Positions 37,703-48,091 of a DNA stretch of 64,000 bases are shown piece by piece. The stretch covers positions 15,887 through 79,886 of the forward strand of contig JALRKY010000027.1 in NCBI GenBank assembly GCA_023260985.1, given 5' to 3'. Position numbers and translations under genes: made by a program. Below the pieces are notes generated by a model, which saw only the letters and a list, made by a program, of their open reading frames with translations, was not told where the DNA came from and ran no database searches. The DNA is from Altererythrobacter sp. (GTDB lineage: Bacteria; Pseudomonadota; Alphaproteobacteria; Sphingomonadales; Sphingomonadaceae). Numbering within the stretch: the stretch's first letter is position 1; each line of letters begins with the position of its first letter.

Positions 37703-38500
37703 CTATTTGCCTTTGAAATCGGGTGCGCGCTTCTCGATCAGCGCGTCGACCCCTTCCATATGGTCTTCGGTCAAATGCATCAGCGCCTGCGCATTGGCGG
37801 CGAGTTCGAGCGCGGTGTCGTAACTCACCTCGCGCCCTTGCCGCATCAAGTTCTTGGCGTGGCGCAGCGCATGCGGCGGCATAGCGGCGACCTTGGCGGC
37901 GAGCGCCTGCGCCTCGTCCATCAGCGCTTCGGGCGGCACCACCCGGCTAACGAGACCCCAGTCGAGCGCGGTTGCCGCATCGATCACATCGCCGGTGTAG
38001 AACAGCTCTGCCGCGCGCGCCTCGCCGATGATGCGCGGCAGGATCCATGTGCCGCCATCGCCGGGGACCAGCCCGAGCTTGAGGAAAGTGACGCCGAATT
38101 TTGCCTTGTCCGACGCGATCCGGAGATCGCCGAGGCAGGCGACATCGCAGCCGAGCCCGATCGCGGGCCCGTTGACCGCCGAGATCAGCGGCACGCGCAG
38201 ACCATACAGCGCGCGGAGCATGCGATGGATATTGTCGCGATAGCTGTCTGAAATGCCCGGCGGAGTGCCGCCGAAGCTGCCGCTGCGCGATTTCATCGCC
38301 TTGATGTCACCGCCAGCGCTGAAGGCTTGCCCCGCGCCGGTGAGGATCACGCAGCGCACATCGAGATCGCGATTGATCGCATCGCAGGCTGCTGCGAATT
38401 CGTCCCCATCGCCTGCCTGCCCGAGCGGGTTCATGATTTCCGCACGGTCGATCGTGAGGGTGGTGACGTGACCTGCCTGTTCGACCTTGAGAAGCGCCAT
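37703..38500 (-). CDS. enoyl-CoA hydratase/isomerase (crotonase) family protein
   Basis: VILTGAGQAFSAGGDIK oxyanion motif, AVNGPAIGLGCDVA, GLVPGDGG. Confidence 0.85.
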   Translation of the reverse strand: MALLKVEQAGHVTTLTIDRAEIMNPLGQAGDGDEFAAACDAINRDLDVRCVILTGAGQAFSAGGDIKAMKSRSGSFGGTPPGISDSYRDNIHRMLRALYGLRVPLISAVNGPAIGLGCDVACLGDLRIASDKAKFGVTFLKLGLVPGDGGTWILPRIIGEARAAELFYTGDVIDAATALDWGLVSRVVPPEALMDEAQALAAKVAAMPPHALRHAKNLMRQGREVSYDTALELAANAQALMHLTEDHMEGVDALIEKRAPDFKGK

Positions 38501-38503
38501 TCC

Positions 38504-40426
38504 TTAAGCCCGCGCTTCCTCGACGCTCGCAGAATTATGCCGCAGTGCGCGTAGCACGGTCGCGACGATATCGGGCGCGTTGAGCCCCGCTTCGTCATAT
38601 TGCCGCTGGGGATCGTCATGGTCCTGGAAGATGTCGGGCAAGCGCATGGTGCGCACCTTCAGCCCGGCATCGGTCAGCCCTTCGTCCGAAGCGAAGGTCA
38701 GCACATGCGCGCCGAGCCCGCCGATCGCGCCTTCCTCGACCGTAACCACCACTTCGTGGCTGCGCATCAGGCGTTCGATCAGTTCGGTATCGAGCGGCTT
38801 GGCAAAACGCATGTCGGCAACGGTGGTCGGCAAGCCCTTGGCCTCGAGCTGGTCTGCCGCTTTGAGCGCTTCGGCCAGCCGCGTGCCGAGCGACAGGATC
38901 GCCACCTTGCTGCCTTCGCGTACCACGCGCCCCTTGCCGATTTCCAGCTTCTGGGGAACCTCAGGCAGCGGCACGCCCACGCCATTGCCGCGCGGATAGC
39001 GGAAGGCGATCGGGCCGTGATCATATTCGGCAGCGGTATAGGTCATGTGGACGAGTTCGGCCTCGTCCGCCGCGGCCATCACCACCATGTTGGGCAGCGT
39101 CGCTAGATAGGCGATGTCGAACGCGCCCGCATGGGTGCAACCATCGGCCCCGACCAGCCCGGCGCGGTCGATCGCGAAGCGGACCGGCAGGTTCTGGATC
39201 GCAACATCGTGCACCACCTGGTCATAGGCGCGCTGGAGGAAGGTGGAGTAGATCGCAGCAAAGGGCCGCATGCCCTGCGCGGCAAGGCCCGCAGCGAAAG
39301 TCACGCCGTGTTGCTCGGCAATGCCGACGTCGAAGCTGCGTTCCGGATGCGCCTTGGCAAAACGATCGACCCCGGTGCCCGAAGGCATGGCGGCGGTGAT
39401 CGCGCAGATCCTTTTGTCGGTTTCCGCCAGCTTGGCCAGAGTCTCGCCGAACACGTTCTGATAGGCCGGCGGACCGCCCGCGCTCTTCTTCTGCTCGCCG
39501 GTGATCACGTCGAACTTGGCGACGCCATGGTACTTGTCGGCGCTGTTCTCGGCCGGGGCATAGCCCTTGCCCTTCTGCGTCACGACATGCACCAGCACAG
39601 GGCCCTGGTCGGAATCGCGCACGTTCTCGAGAACCGGAATCAGATGATCGAGATTGTGCCCGTCGATCGGGCCGACGTAGTAAAAGCCGAGCTCTTCGAA
39701 CAGCGTGCCGCCGGTCACCATGCCGCGCGCATATTCCTCGGCCTTTTCCAGCCCATGGTGGACGCGGCGGCTGAGCTTGCGCGAAATGCGCGAAGCGAGG
39801 TTGCGCAGGCCGAGGTATTCGCTCGAGGAAACCATCCGCGCGAGATAGGCCGAAAGCCCGCCCACCGGCGGTGCGATCGACATGTCATTGTCATTGAGGA
39901 TCACGATCAGGCGATTGCCTGCCTGTTCGGCGTTGTTCATCGCCTCATAGGCCATGCCCGCGCTCATCGCGCCGTCGCCGATCACGGCAATACCGCGGCC
40001 GGGCTTGTCGTTGAGCTTGTTTGCGACAGCAAAGCCCAGCGCGGCCGAGATCGAGGTCGAGCTGTGCGCCGCGCCAAAGGGATCGTATTCGCTTTCGGCA
40101 CGCTTGGTGAAACCCGACAGGCCACCACCTTGGCGCAAGGTGCGAATGCGGTCGCGCCGGCCTGTGAGGATCTTGTGCGGATAGCACTGATGGCCCACGT
40201 CCCACACCAGCCTGTCTTCAGGCGTGTTGAACACATAGTGGATCGCCACGGTCAGCTCGACCACGCCCAGACCCGAGCCCAGATGCCCGCCGGTGGTGCC
40301 GACGGCGTCGATCGTTTCGGCCCGCAACTCATCGGCAAGTTGGCGCAGCTCGGACTTGTCGAGCTTGCGCAGGTCCGAGGGGTAGGTAACCGTATCGAGC
40401 AGTAGAGTATTCGGTGATTGACTCAT
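38504..40426 (-). CDS. dxs: 1-deoxy-D-xylulose-5-phosphate synthase
   Basis: [47 protein letters not shown], transketolase-like C-terminus, 640 aa. Confidence 0.95.
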   Translation of the reverse strand: MSQSPNTLLLDTVTYPSDLRKLDKSELRQLADELRAETIDAVGTTGGHLGSGLGVVELTVAIHYVFNTPEDRLVWDVGHQCYPHKILTGRRDRIRTLRQGGGLSGFTKRAESEYDPFGAAHSSTSISAALGFAVANKLNDKPGRGIAVIGDGAMSAGMAYEAMNNAEQAGNRLIVILNDNDMSIAPPVGGLSAYLARMVSSSEYLGLRNLASRISRKLSRRVHHGLEKAEEYARGMVTGGTLFEELGFYYVGPIDGHNLDHLIPVLENVRDSDQGPVLVHVVTQKGKGYAPAENSADKYHGVAKFDVITGEQKKSAGGPPAYQNVFGETLAKLAETDKRICAITAAMPSGTGVDRFAKAHPERSFDVGIAEQHGVTFAAGLAAQGMRPFAAIYSTFLQRAYDQVVHDVAIQNLPVRFAIDRAGLVGADGCTHAGAFDIAYLATLPNMVVMAAADEAELVHMTYTAAEYDHGPIAFRYPRGNGVGVPLPEVPQKLEIGKGRVVREGSKVAILSLGTRLAEALKAADQLEAKGLPTTVADMRFAKPLDTELIERLMRSHEVVVTVEEGAIGGLGAHVLTFASDEGLTDAGLKVRTMRLPDIFQDHDDPQRQYDEAGLNAPDIVATVLRALRHNSASVEEARA

Positions 40427-40493
40427 GGATCAGGGGCTTACACGCGAATTGGGGAAGTGTCGATCAAGGCTTGGCCGTCCAGCAGGCGGAGTT

Positions 40494-40961
40494 TCAGGCC
40501 TGGCAAGCAGAGCAGACGCCGCGGATTTCGATCACCGGCCGGCGCGCCTGGAAACCGCGCGCCTTGGCCAGTTCGCGCACCCGGCGCGACACGTCATCAT
40601 CGTCGACATGCGTCGCCTCTCCGCATTCGTCGCAGACCAGGAAGATGCAGTCGTGCTCGCAACCCGGGTGAGTGTTGGCGAGGAAGGCGTTGGCGCTTTC
40701 GACCCGTAGCGCGAGGTTGTTCGTCACGAACAGGTCGAGGATGCGATAGACGCTGTTGGGCGCCACTCTTTTGCCGCGGCTGCGCGAGAGATTGTCGGCA
40801 ATGTCATAGGCTGAGACGGGGCAGTCGTGCCGCGCCAGCTCTGCGAAGACCGCTTCGCGCATGCCGGTCCATTGTTCGCCCGCATCGGTCAGCGCCGCGC
40901 GCGCCGCACCGAGAAGGTCCGGGCCCGAATGTTCGTGATGTGCATGATCGTGTCTGGCCAT
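40494..40961 (-). CDS. zur: Fur-family metalloregulator, Zur-like, with His-rich N-terminus
   Basis: Start at ATG 40961 (MARHDHAHHEHSG); winged helix SAYDIADNL...NSVYRILD; HPGCEHDCIFLVCDECG and CSAC Cys pairs. Fur family is secure; the Zur subtype is an inference. Confidence 0.7.
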   Translation of the reverse strand: MARHDHAHHEHSGPDLLGAARAALTDAGEQWTGMREAVFAELARHDCPVSAYDIADNLSRSRGKRVAPNSVYRILDLFVTNNLALRVESANAFLANTHPGCEHDCIFLVCDECGEATHVDDDDVSRRVRELAKARGFQARRPVIEIRGVCSACQA

Positions 40962-41017
40962 GGCACACATATAGTCGCGCTGCACGGCGAGCGCCACTAC
41001 TGCAGCTTCGCTAAAAA

Positions 41018-41704
41018 TTATCTGTTGTCGCGCAGGAAGCTGGTGCGATAGTGCTCCGGAAAGAGCCGGGCGAGCGCTTCGACCTTGGGCTTGTCCCACC
41101 GCACGATGTAGCCATGGCGCGGATTGCGGGCCATGAAATCCTGGTGGTAATCCTCAGCCTCGTAGAACGCGCGATAGAGTTCGATCTTGGTCGCCACCGG
41201 CTTGTCCCACAGCCCCGAGGCGCCGAGCTGCTTGAGATAGGCACGCGCCACACGCGCCTGCTCCTTGTTCATCGGAACGATCGCGCTGCGATATTGCGTG
41301 CCGACATCGGGCCCCTGCCGGTTCTTCAGCGTGGGATCGGCCACCACCGAGAACAGGATCTGCAGCAGCTCGTCATAGCGCACTTCGCGCGGGTCATAGA
41401 CGATCCGCACCGCTTCGGCGTGATCGGTCAGCCCGGTGACGATCTTGTCGTAACTCGCGGTGGCTGCCGTGCCACCGTGGAAGCCCGAAACCGCCGCTTT
41501 CACGCCCTTCACATGGCTAAAGACGCCTTCGACGCCCCAGAAGCACCCGCCCGCGAATATCGCGACCCACAGCTTATCAGGCTCCTGCGCCTTCGCGCTC
41601 GCCTCCGGCGCTTCGACCACCTTCTCGCCCGCTGCGGACGCGACCTGGCAGCCGCTCAACGCCAATGCGCCGGCAGCAGCCAGAAAGGCGAAACGAATAT
41701 TCAT
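41018..41704 (-). CDS. msrA: peptide-methionine (S)-S-oxide reductase with lipoprotein signal
   Basis: MNIRFAFLAAAGALALSGC lipobox, catalytic GGCFWGVEG, DYHQDF. Confidence 0.92.
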   Translation of the reverse strand: MNIRFAFLAAAGALALSGCQVASAAGEKVVEAPEASAKAQEPDKLWVAIFAGGCFWGVEGVFSHVKGVKAAVSGFHGGTAATASYDKIVTGLTDHAEAVRIVYDPREVRYDELLQILFSVVADPTLKNRQGPDVGTQYRSAIVPMNKEQARVARAYLKQLGASGLWDKPVATKIELYRAFYEAEDYHQDFMARNPRHGYIVRWDKPKVEALARLFPEHYRTSFLRDNR

Positions 41705-41901
41705 CAGGGGGTTGGGGCGAAAACGCCTTCTGCCTGGATGTCCGCCGTCGCGGCCTTGGCCGGCGTGGCGAGCTCGGCTTCGAAATGCGGAGCAAGGCTG
41801 GCGCCGACCAGAAGCGCACCGATGCCGAAGCCGATGCCGAAGTTGCGGTAGAGGTCAGGTTTAAAGAGGCGCATGGTTTGGTTGCTCGTATATCGAAACA
41901 T
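41704..41901 (-). CDS. small single-pass membrane protein (56-65 aa), function unknown
   Basis: High GC3 from MRLFKPDLYRNFGIGFGIGALLVGASLA onward. Its TGA shares a base with the msrA ATG. Start ATG 41901 or 41874; no clear SD. Confidence 0.45.
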   Translation of the reverse strand: MFRYTSNQTMRLFKPDLYRNFGIGFGIGALLVGASLAPHFEAELATPAKAATADIQAEGVFAPTP

Positions 41902-42007
41902 CTTGTCGTCGGAGTCTTGTTAGCCCCGATTGATTGAGGCGCGATGACCACGGTTTACAGCAAAAGTCTATGCGCGCTGCGGCAGGATGTGTTTAGAGCC
42001 TGACAGA

Positions 42008-42271
42008 ATGATTGATGCAGTGATTATCGGCGGGGGGCACAATGGCTTCACCTGCGCTTTTTACCTCGCCTGGGCGGGGCTCAAGGTGACCGTGTATGAA
42101 GCGCACGACGTGCTGGGCGGCGCGGCAGTGACTGAGGAATTCGCGCCCGGCTTCCGCAATTCTACCGCCAGCTACACCGTCAGCCTGCTCCGGCCGAAGG
42201 TTATCACCGATATGCGGCTGCGCGGAGGCGCGCTCGCAAAAAGGTCACGTCCTCAAGTAGCGAAGAGGTAG
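42008..42271 (+). pseudogene. N-terminal fragment of an FAD-dependent oxidoreductase (phytoene-desaturase-like)
   Basis: MIDAVIIGGGHNGFTCAFYLAWAGLKVTVYEAHDVLGGAAVTEEFAPGFRNSTASY is the start of a protein class I remember as roughly 500 aa. Family-like sequence ends near 42200 and the frame stops at 42271, 8 nt from the purH stop. Confidence 0.6.
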
Positions 42272-42278
42272 GACAGAA

Positions 42279-43868
42279 TTAATGCCGGAAATGCCGCATC
42301 CCGGTGAAGACCATCGCCAACCCCGCCTCATCAGCCGCAGCGATGACTTCGTCGTCGCGGATCGAGCCACCCGGCTGGATAACCGCCGTTGCGCCCGCTT
42401 CGGCCGCAGCCAGCAAGCCATCGTCGAAGGGGAAGAAGGCGTCGGAGGCGACTGCACTTCCCACGGTGCGCGGCGCGCCCCAGCCATAGGTCTCGGCGGC
42501 TTCTGCAGCCTTCATCGCAGCAATGCGCGAGCTGTCGCGGCGGTTCATCTGCCCCGCGCCGATGCCCGCGGTCGCGCCATCCTTCGCATAGACGATCGCG
42601 TTGGACTTCACGTGCCGCGCCACGGTCCATGCGAACATGCAGTCCTTCAGTTCCTGGGCCGTCGGCGCGCGCTTGGTCACCACCTTGAGATCGGCTTCGG
42701 TGATCGCGCCATTGTCACGCGTCTGCACCAGCAGGCCGCCTGTGATCGGCTTGACCAGCAACCCGCCGCGCCGCGGATTGGGCAGGTAGCCCACAGTCAG
42801 CAGTCGCAGGTTCTTTTTCCTGGCAAAAATTTCGCGCGCCGCGTCGCTCACTGAAGGAGCGATCACCACTTCGGTGAAGATCTTCACGATCTCTTCGGCG
42901 GTCGCCCCGTCGAGTTCCTGGTTGACCGCCACGATCCCGCCGAAAGCCGACACGCTGTCGCACTGCAGCGCGGCTTCCCAGGCTTCGCTGAGCGATGCCG
43001 CCTGCGCCACGCCACATGGGTTGGCGTGCTTGACGACCACCACTACCGGATCGCCGCCGCCGAATTCGGCAACCAGCTCAAGCGCGGCATCGGCATCGTT
43101 GTAATTGTTGTAGCTGAGCTCCTTGCCCTGCAGCTGCTCGGCCTGCGCGATCCCGCGTCCGGGCGGCCCGACCGGAGTGTAGAGCGCAGCCTGCTGGTGC
43201 GGGTTCTCGCCATAGCGCAGGATGGTCGGCGAACGGCCGTTGATCGCCAGCATGTCGGGGAACAGCTGCTGCTGGTCGGCAAAGGCGAACCACTGGCTGA
43301 TCATGCTGTCATAGGAGGCAGTGGCGACGAAGGCCTTGGCCGCGCATTTGCGGCGGAATTCGAACGACGTCGCGCCACCATGGGCATCGATTTCGCCCAG
43401 CAGTTCGGCATAGTCGGCCGGGTCGGTCACGATCGTGACGAAGGTGTGGTTCTTGGCCGAGCTGCGCACCATCGAAGGTCCGCCGATATCGATATTCTCG
43501 ATGATCTCGTCACGGTCCGCGCCGCGCATCACGGTCGCTTCGAACGGGTAGAGGTTCACGACCACCAGGTCGATCGCACCAATATCGTGCTCAGCCATCG
43601 CCGCGGCGTGCTCGGGATTGTCGCGCACCGCCAGCAAGCCGCCATGGACCTTGGGGTGAAGCGTCTTGACCCGCCCGTCCATCATCTCGGGGAAGCCCGT
43701 GAGGTCGGAAATGTCGCACACGTCCAGCCCCGCATCGCGCAGAGCCTTGGCTGTGCCGCCGGTCGAAACCACCTCCACTCCGCGCGCGGCCAGCGCCTGG
43801 CCCAGTTCCACCAATCCGCTCTTGTCGGAAACTGACAGCAGTGCCCGCTTGATCGCCACGTCCGTCAC
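42279..43868 (-). CDS. purH: bifunctional AICAR formyltransferase / IMP cyclohydrolase
   Basis: [29 protein letters not shown]-like ([15 protein letters not shown]), C-terminal [14 protein letters not shown] ... MRHFRH. GTG start. Confidence 0.95.
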   Translation of the reverse strand: MTDVAIKRALLSVSDKSGLVELGQALAARGVEVVSTGGTAKALRDAGLDVCDISDLTGFPEMMDGRVKTLHPKVHGGLLAVRDNPEHAAAMAEHDIGAIDLVVVNLYPFEATVMRGADRDEIIENIDIGGPSMVRSSAKNHTFVTIVTDPADYAELLGEIDAHGGATSFEFRRKCAAKAFVATASYDSMISQWFAFADQQQLFPDMLAINGRSPTILRYGENPHQQAALYTPVGPPGRGIAQAEQLQGKELSYNNYNDADAALELVAEFGGGDPVVVVVKHANPCGVAQAASLSEAWEAALQCDSVSAFGGIVAVNQELDGATAEEIVKIFTEVVIAPSVSDAAREIFARKKNLRLLTVGYLPNPRRGGLLVKPITGGLLVQTRDNGAITEADLKVVTKRAPTAQELKDCMFAWTVARHVKSNAIVYAKDGATAGIGAGQMNRRDSSRIAAMKAAEAAETYGWGAPRTVGSAVASDAFFPFDDGLLAAAEAGATAVIQPGGSIRDDEVIAAADEAGLAMVFTGMRHFRH

Positions 43869-43876
43869 TTTGGAAC

Positions 43877-45751
43877 CTACCCCATTTTCTTGAATAGCCA
43901 GGAGAATTGACCCCCGCCGCGCGATGCCATGCCCTGGATCACCAATTGCTCGATCACATGCGGCCGGCCATCACCGTCGACCCACATGCTGTCCTCGATT
44001 TCGACTCCAGCGCCGGCGTCATTGCCGCCAAGCCGGAATTGCCACAAGCCACCATCGGGCAGAACCAGGCTGGCGCCGCGCCGGTCTTCGGCCAGCCGCG
44101 CCTCAACCCCGCGCCCGAGATGGAAGCGGATCGCAAAGCCGACCTTGCCGCGCTGCCCCTTCTTCGCAGGCGGCAGCAATATGTCTTCGCCCAACAGTTC
44201 GGTGCCGTCACCGCGCAGCATCAGGATGCGGCAATGGATCAGCCCATAGCGCGCAAGATAGCCGTCATGGCTGGCTGCGATCCGCTGGACCTCGCCGCTG
44301 GCGCGCGCGATCTCGCCGCGTTCGACCTCTACCTGCTCCACACCCTTGCCGAGCTTGCCGCCCAGAAGCACTGCGGTCGAATTGGCATTGTCGAGCACCA
44401 GCGCCGAATGCGCTGCCGTGGCGCGCAGCCCCTGTTCGATCCGCGCGGGAACCTGCCCGCCAGCCAGCGCGGCGCCGCCGCAATTGACGATCAGGCGATG
44501 CGGCCCGTCCGACATTTCGAAGGCCAGTGTCGAGGCGCAGCCCCACCGCGCATGGCGCGCGCGCGGCGGCGGCGCGGCATCGATCTGCACCACGGTCTTG
44601 CCGCCAGCCAGCCGGTGATAACCCCAGTGCCGCACATCCTTGAGCGGGCGCGTCCGCACTCCGCTGGCGTCGAGCAGCGCGGCCAGCCGGTCGGCCCGCG
44701 TCATGCCATTGCCCTGCCAGCTGCCCAAGCCGCCATCGCCGTGGCGCATCGCCAGGAGCGGCGGCACCAGCAATTCGCGCATCAGGCCGAGCGATGCCGG
44801 AAGGTCGCGCCCGGTCGCCTTGTAGCAGGCCTCGATGTCGGTCAGCATTACGATCGCGTCCATCTGTGCCATCGGGCTGCGAGAGAGAGAGCCGCCATCT
44901 TCGCCGACGAAATCGCCCAATGCGGCGATCAGGCCCGCCTCGCCATAGAGCCGGCGCGGCTTGCCTTGCGGCATCAGCAGGCCAGCGGCAGTGATTGCGC
45001 CCCAGCCGAGAACCTCGCTTAAGGGGTCGGGCGCGCGGCGGACTTCGTGGTCGAGCCAGCGCGCAGTGTCGTCGATCGCTGCCAGCAGGCGCGGGCGCAG
45101 CTTCTCGTTCTGGCCCGACAGCACCAGCGGCGCATGGACCAGCCATGCGATCAAGCGATGCGCCGCGTGCTCGACCTTCCAGGCGGCGCATTTTCCCGGC
45201 TTAGGATTGGCGTCGAGCCACAGCCTTGTGATCCGCTCCGCTGTGTCGATGCATTGCGCGCGCTGGCCTGCAGCAGCAAGGTCGCGCAACCAGGCGAAGC
45301 CGTGGATCACCCGCTCGAACGGCGGAGCCATCCGCGAGGACGAAGCGTAGTCGACTTCACCTATCGGCGCCTTGACGCCGTGGATCAGAAAATAGCCCGC
45401 GCGCAGCGCCATTCCCGCCGCACGGTCGCCCGCGAGCGGGCTTTCGACTGTCGCCAACAGCCGCGGACGCGCAGGCTTGCGGAACGGCGCAGTCAGCGTC
45501 GCGCCGCCCACGCCCAGGCGATAGGAAAAGCGCACCAGCTTCTCGGTGAAATCGGCCTTGGGCGGAACGAAATCGCTCAGCACGAGCGCCCGCGCTTCGG
45601 TCACCGGAGGGGTTGCAGCCTCATTCGGCCCTGCAGCTAAGGGCTGCGCATCGTGGCGCTTCAGCGGCAGCGCGGGCGCATCAGCGTGAAGCTCGCCAAA
45701 CAGGTCCTGCTCGGGCTTGTGCTCGCTTTGGCCAGAGAGCAGCGCGTCCAT
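43877..45751 (-). CDS. heparinase II/III-like family protein (conserved between rpe and purH)
   Basis: Start at ATG 45749-45751, sharing one base with the rpe stop. Size and the C-terminal [24 protein letters not shown] region resemble the alphaproteobacterial family as I remember it. The function assignment is weak. Confidence 0.6.
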   Translation of the reverse strand: MDALLSGQSEHKPEQDLFGELHADAPALPLKRHDAQPLAAGPNEAATPPVTEARALVLSDFVPPKADFTEKLVRFSYRLGVGGATLTAPFRKPARPRLLATVESPLAGDRAAGMALRAGYFLIHGVKAPIGEVDYASSSRMAPPFERVIHGFAWLRDLAAAGQRAQCIDTAERITRLWLDANPKPGKCAAWKVEHAAHRLIAWLVHAPLVLSGQNEKLRPRLLAAIDDTARWLDHEVRRAPDPLSEVLGWGAITAAGLLMPQGKPRRLYGEAGLIAALGDFVGEDGGSLSRSPMAQMDAIVMLTDIEACYKATGRDLPASLGLMRELLVPPLLAMRHGDGGLGSWQGNGMTRADRLAALLDASGVRTRPLKDVRHWGYHRLAGGKTVVQIDAAPPPRARHARWGCASTLAFEMSDGPHRLIVNCGGAALAGGQVPARIEQGLRATAAHSALVLDNANSTAVLLGGKLGKGVEQVEVERGEIARASGEVQRIAASHDGYLARYGLIHCRILMLRGDGTELLGEDILLPPAKKGQRGKVGFAIRFHLGRGVEARLAEDRRGASLVLPDGGLWQFRLGGNDAGAGVEIEDSMWVDGDGRPHVIEQLVIQGMASRGGGQFSWLFKKMG

Positions 45752-46413
45752 CAGTCGAGCCCCCTTAGCGCGGCGATATTGGCTGCATAGCGGTCGGGGC
45801 CGCCCTTGAAAGTGGCCGAACCGGCCACCAGCACATCGGCCCCCGCCTCGACGCACAGCCTCGCAGTCTCGGCATTGACCCCGCCATCGACTTCGAGATG
45901 GATGTCGCGGCCGCTGACATCGATCATCGCGCGGATTCGGCGAATCTTGTCCAACTGGGAATGGATGAAGCTCTGCCCGCCGAAACCGGGATTGACACTC
46001 ATCACCAGCACCAGGTCGATATCCCCGATCAGGTAATCGAGCATGTCGACCGGAGTCGACGGATTGAGCGAAATGCCCGCTTTCTTGCCCAGCGCCTTGA
46101 TCGCCTGGACCGTGCGATGCGCATGCGGCCCGGCCTCGGGGTGGATAGTGATGATGTCCGCCCCCGCCTCCGCAAATTCCTCAAGGTAGGAATCGACCGG
46201 CGAGATCATCAGGTGGACGTCGAACACCTTGGCACTGTGGGGTCTGAGCGCTTTCAGCACCATCGGCCCGATTGTGATATTGGGCACATAATGCCCGTCC
46301 ATCACGTCGACATGGATCCAGTCCGCACCGGCCGCGTCGATCGCGCGCACTTCCTCGCCTAGCCGGGCAAAATCGGCCGAGAGGATCGAAGGTGAAATGA
46401 GCGGTGCCGCCAT
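45751..46413 (-). CDS. rpe: ribulose-phosphate 3-epimerase
   Basis: Start ATG 46413 ([15 protein letters not shown]). [34 protein letters not shown]. Confidence 0.93.
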   Translation of the reverse strand: MAAPLISPSILSADFARLGEEVRAIDAAGADWIHVDVMDGHYVPNITIGPMVLKALRPHSAKVFDVHLMISPVDSYLEEFAEAGADIITIHPEAGPHAHRTVQAIKALGKKAGISLNPSTPVDMLDYLIGDIDLVLVMSVNPGFGGQSFIHSQLDKIRRIRAMIDVSGRDIHLEVDGGVNAETARLCVEAGADVLVAGSATFKGGPDRYAANIAALRGLD

Positions 46414-46650
46414 GGTGTGCTTCCAGATCGCGCGAATTCCTCCAGTAACGAAGCGCGCACCCTCCTCACAAGCGGCGCGCCCTCCTTTTCCACACGCGCA
46501 GAGCGCCATTTCGAACCAAAGAGCCATCGCCGCGTATTAAGCCAAGCCGACAGCGCAATTCAGCGGCAATTCAGCCCCTCTCGTGCAATTGTTTGGCCGA
46601 ACTTCCAGCGCCGCCTATATGGCGGCCGTAAGGGGCTCATTGGGACGAAT

Positions 46651-47172
46651 ATGATTATGCGATCGGAAATGACGAAGACAAGCGCAGTGCTTGCCGGCCT
46701 CGCGTTTGCCCAGCTGGGCGCGGCCGGCTGGGCGCAGGCCGCCGAAAGCGCGCTCGACTATCGCCAGGAAATCACCAACGACATGCGCAAATGTGCGCCC
46801 GGAGGCGGGCCTGCAGTGCGGGTGACCGTGCAAGGGGTCAAGGCCGCCGAGGGCATGGTGAGGGTGCAGAGCTATCGTGGAACCAAGGCCGACTGGCTCG
46901 AAAAGGGCAAATGGATCAACCGCATCGAGACCCCGGCCCGCGCAGGCACGATGACCTTCTGCCTGCCCGTGCGACAGGCTGGCACCTATGGCATCGCGGT
47001 ACGCCACGACACTAATGGCAATGGCAAGACCGATATCAGCAAGGATGGCGGGGGTATGTCGAACAACCCCTCGATCAACATTTTCAACCTCGGCAAGCCG
47101 AGCTACAGCAAGACCGCATTCGAAGTGGGCCCTGGGGTCACTTCGATAACCATCAACATGAAGTATCTTTAA
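46651..47172 (+). CDS. DUF2141 domain protein with signal peptide
   Basis: Start ATG 46651 (MIMRSEMTKTSAVLAGLAFAQLGAAGWAQA). GTYGIAVRHDTNGNGKTD...GGGMSNNP motif. Confidence 0.72.
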   Translation: MIMRSEMTKTSAVLAGLAFAQLGAAGWAQAAESALDYRQEITNDMRKCAPGGGPAVRVTVQGVKAAEGMVRVQSYRGTKADWLEKGKWINRIETPARAGTMTFCLPVRQAGTYGIAVRHDTNGNGKTDISKDGGGMSNNPSINIFNLGKPSYSKTAFEVGPGVTSITINMKYL

Positions 47173-47197
47173 GCCGGCCTGAGCCGGTTGAGGCGCG

Positions 47198-48091
47198 TCA
47201 GCGCACTTGCTTCTGCGCCCGCCACACGCGCCACAGCACCCCCGGTGCAGCGAGCACAGGGTGTTTCTCGCGCCATGGCGTCAGTTCCACCGGAACCCCG
47301 GTGTGGCGCTCGATCTTCCACGCGGCATAGCGCGCCGCACCGTCGAAGGTCGTACTAGCCTTGACCAACCGCAGGATGTTGAGCGGCTTGCCCAACCGCC
47401 GCCGCTTATTCCACCATGCCCGGATCTTGCTGCGTTCGCTTGCGGCCATTTCGGGGGTGAGCAAATGGCCTTTCTGCACAAAACCGATCCCTTGCGCTTC
47501 GAGCGCCAGCGGCAGAAGCCCTTCGAAATGCGCGGCATTGACCGTCAGGATGCTGTCCTCGCGCCCCGGCTGCTCGACTCGGAATTCGGCCTGGTAGGTG
47601 GCGCGGAAAAGCGCCCGCCAATAATCTTCGGCTGTCCCGCGATTGGGGCCGAGCGCAACCGCGAGCCGCGCCGCGGTCTGTGCCGCATGGGCCAGCGCGC
47701 CCAGCACGGCTTGCGCTGCCTGCTCGTCCCGCCGCCACACCACCGCGCAAGGCTGGACGAAGCGCGCCCAGATCGTCGTGTCGATCAAATCGCCGCGTGC
47801 CGCCTCAGCAAAGGTTGCCAGCGCCATGGTCGCGATCTTGGCGCGGAGCACTTCGCCGTCATGCTCCCATTCGCGATAGCTTACCCGCGGCCAGACTTTT
47901 TCGCGCTGCCCTCCCGACAGCAGCACATAATAATCAAGCACGCCTTCGCGCGATCCGGTGCGCAAGTTGGAACCGTAAAACAGCACTGCCAGCGCGCCGC
48001 TTTCCTGCGCCAGCCGCGCAGCGAAACCAGCCGCCCCCGGATCGACCGGAACGGCACAGTGGGCGGCAATGCGCGCTGTGAGCGCGCCCAT
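47198..48091 (-). CDS. conserved hypothetical protein, nucleotidyltransferase-like N-terminus (possibly Tam41/Mmp37-like)
   Basis: 297 aa, coding-like composition. ATG 48089-48091 shares a base with the upstream kinase stop. LFYGSNLRTGSREGVLDYYVLL resembles the GS...D.D motif of pol-beta-fold NTases. Confidence 0.6.
   Translation of the reverse strand: MGALTARIAAHCAVPVDPGAAGFAARLAQESGALAVLFYGSNLRTGSREGVLDYYVLLSGGQREKVWPRVSYREWEHDGEVLRAKIATMALATFAEAARGDLIDTTIWARFVQPCAVVWRRDEQAAQAVLGALAHAAQTAARLAVALGPNRGTAEDYWRALFRATYQAEFRVEQPGREDSILTVNAAHFEGLLPLALEAQGIGFVQKGHLLTPEMAASERSKIRAWWNKRRRLGKPLNILRLVKASTTFDGAARYAAWKIERHTGVPVELTPWREKHPVLAAPGVLWRVWRAQKQVR

Noticed and set aside
43869-43876. A possible ZTP (pfl) riboswitch, often found upstream of purH.
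   Set aside because: Only 8 nt separate purH from the upstream heparinase-like gene. The rpe leader (46414-46650) shows a GCCGCC/GGCGGC hairpin but none of the ZTP consensus elements I remember.
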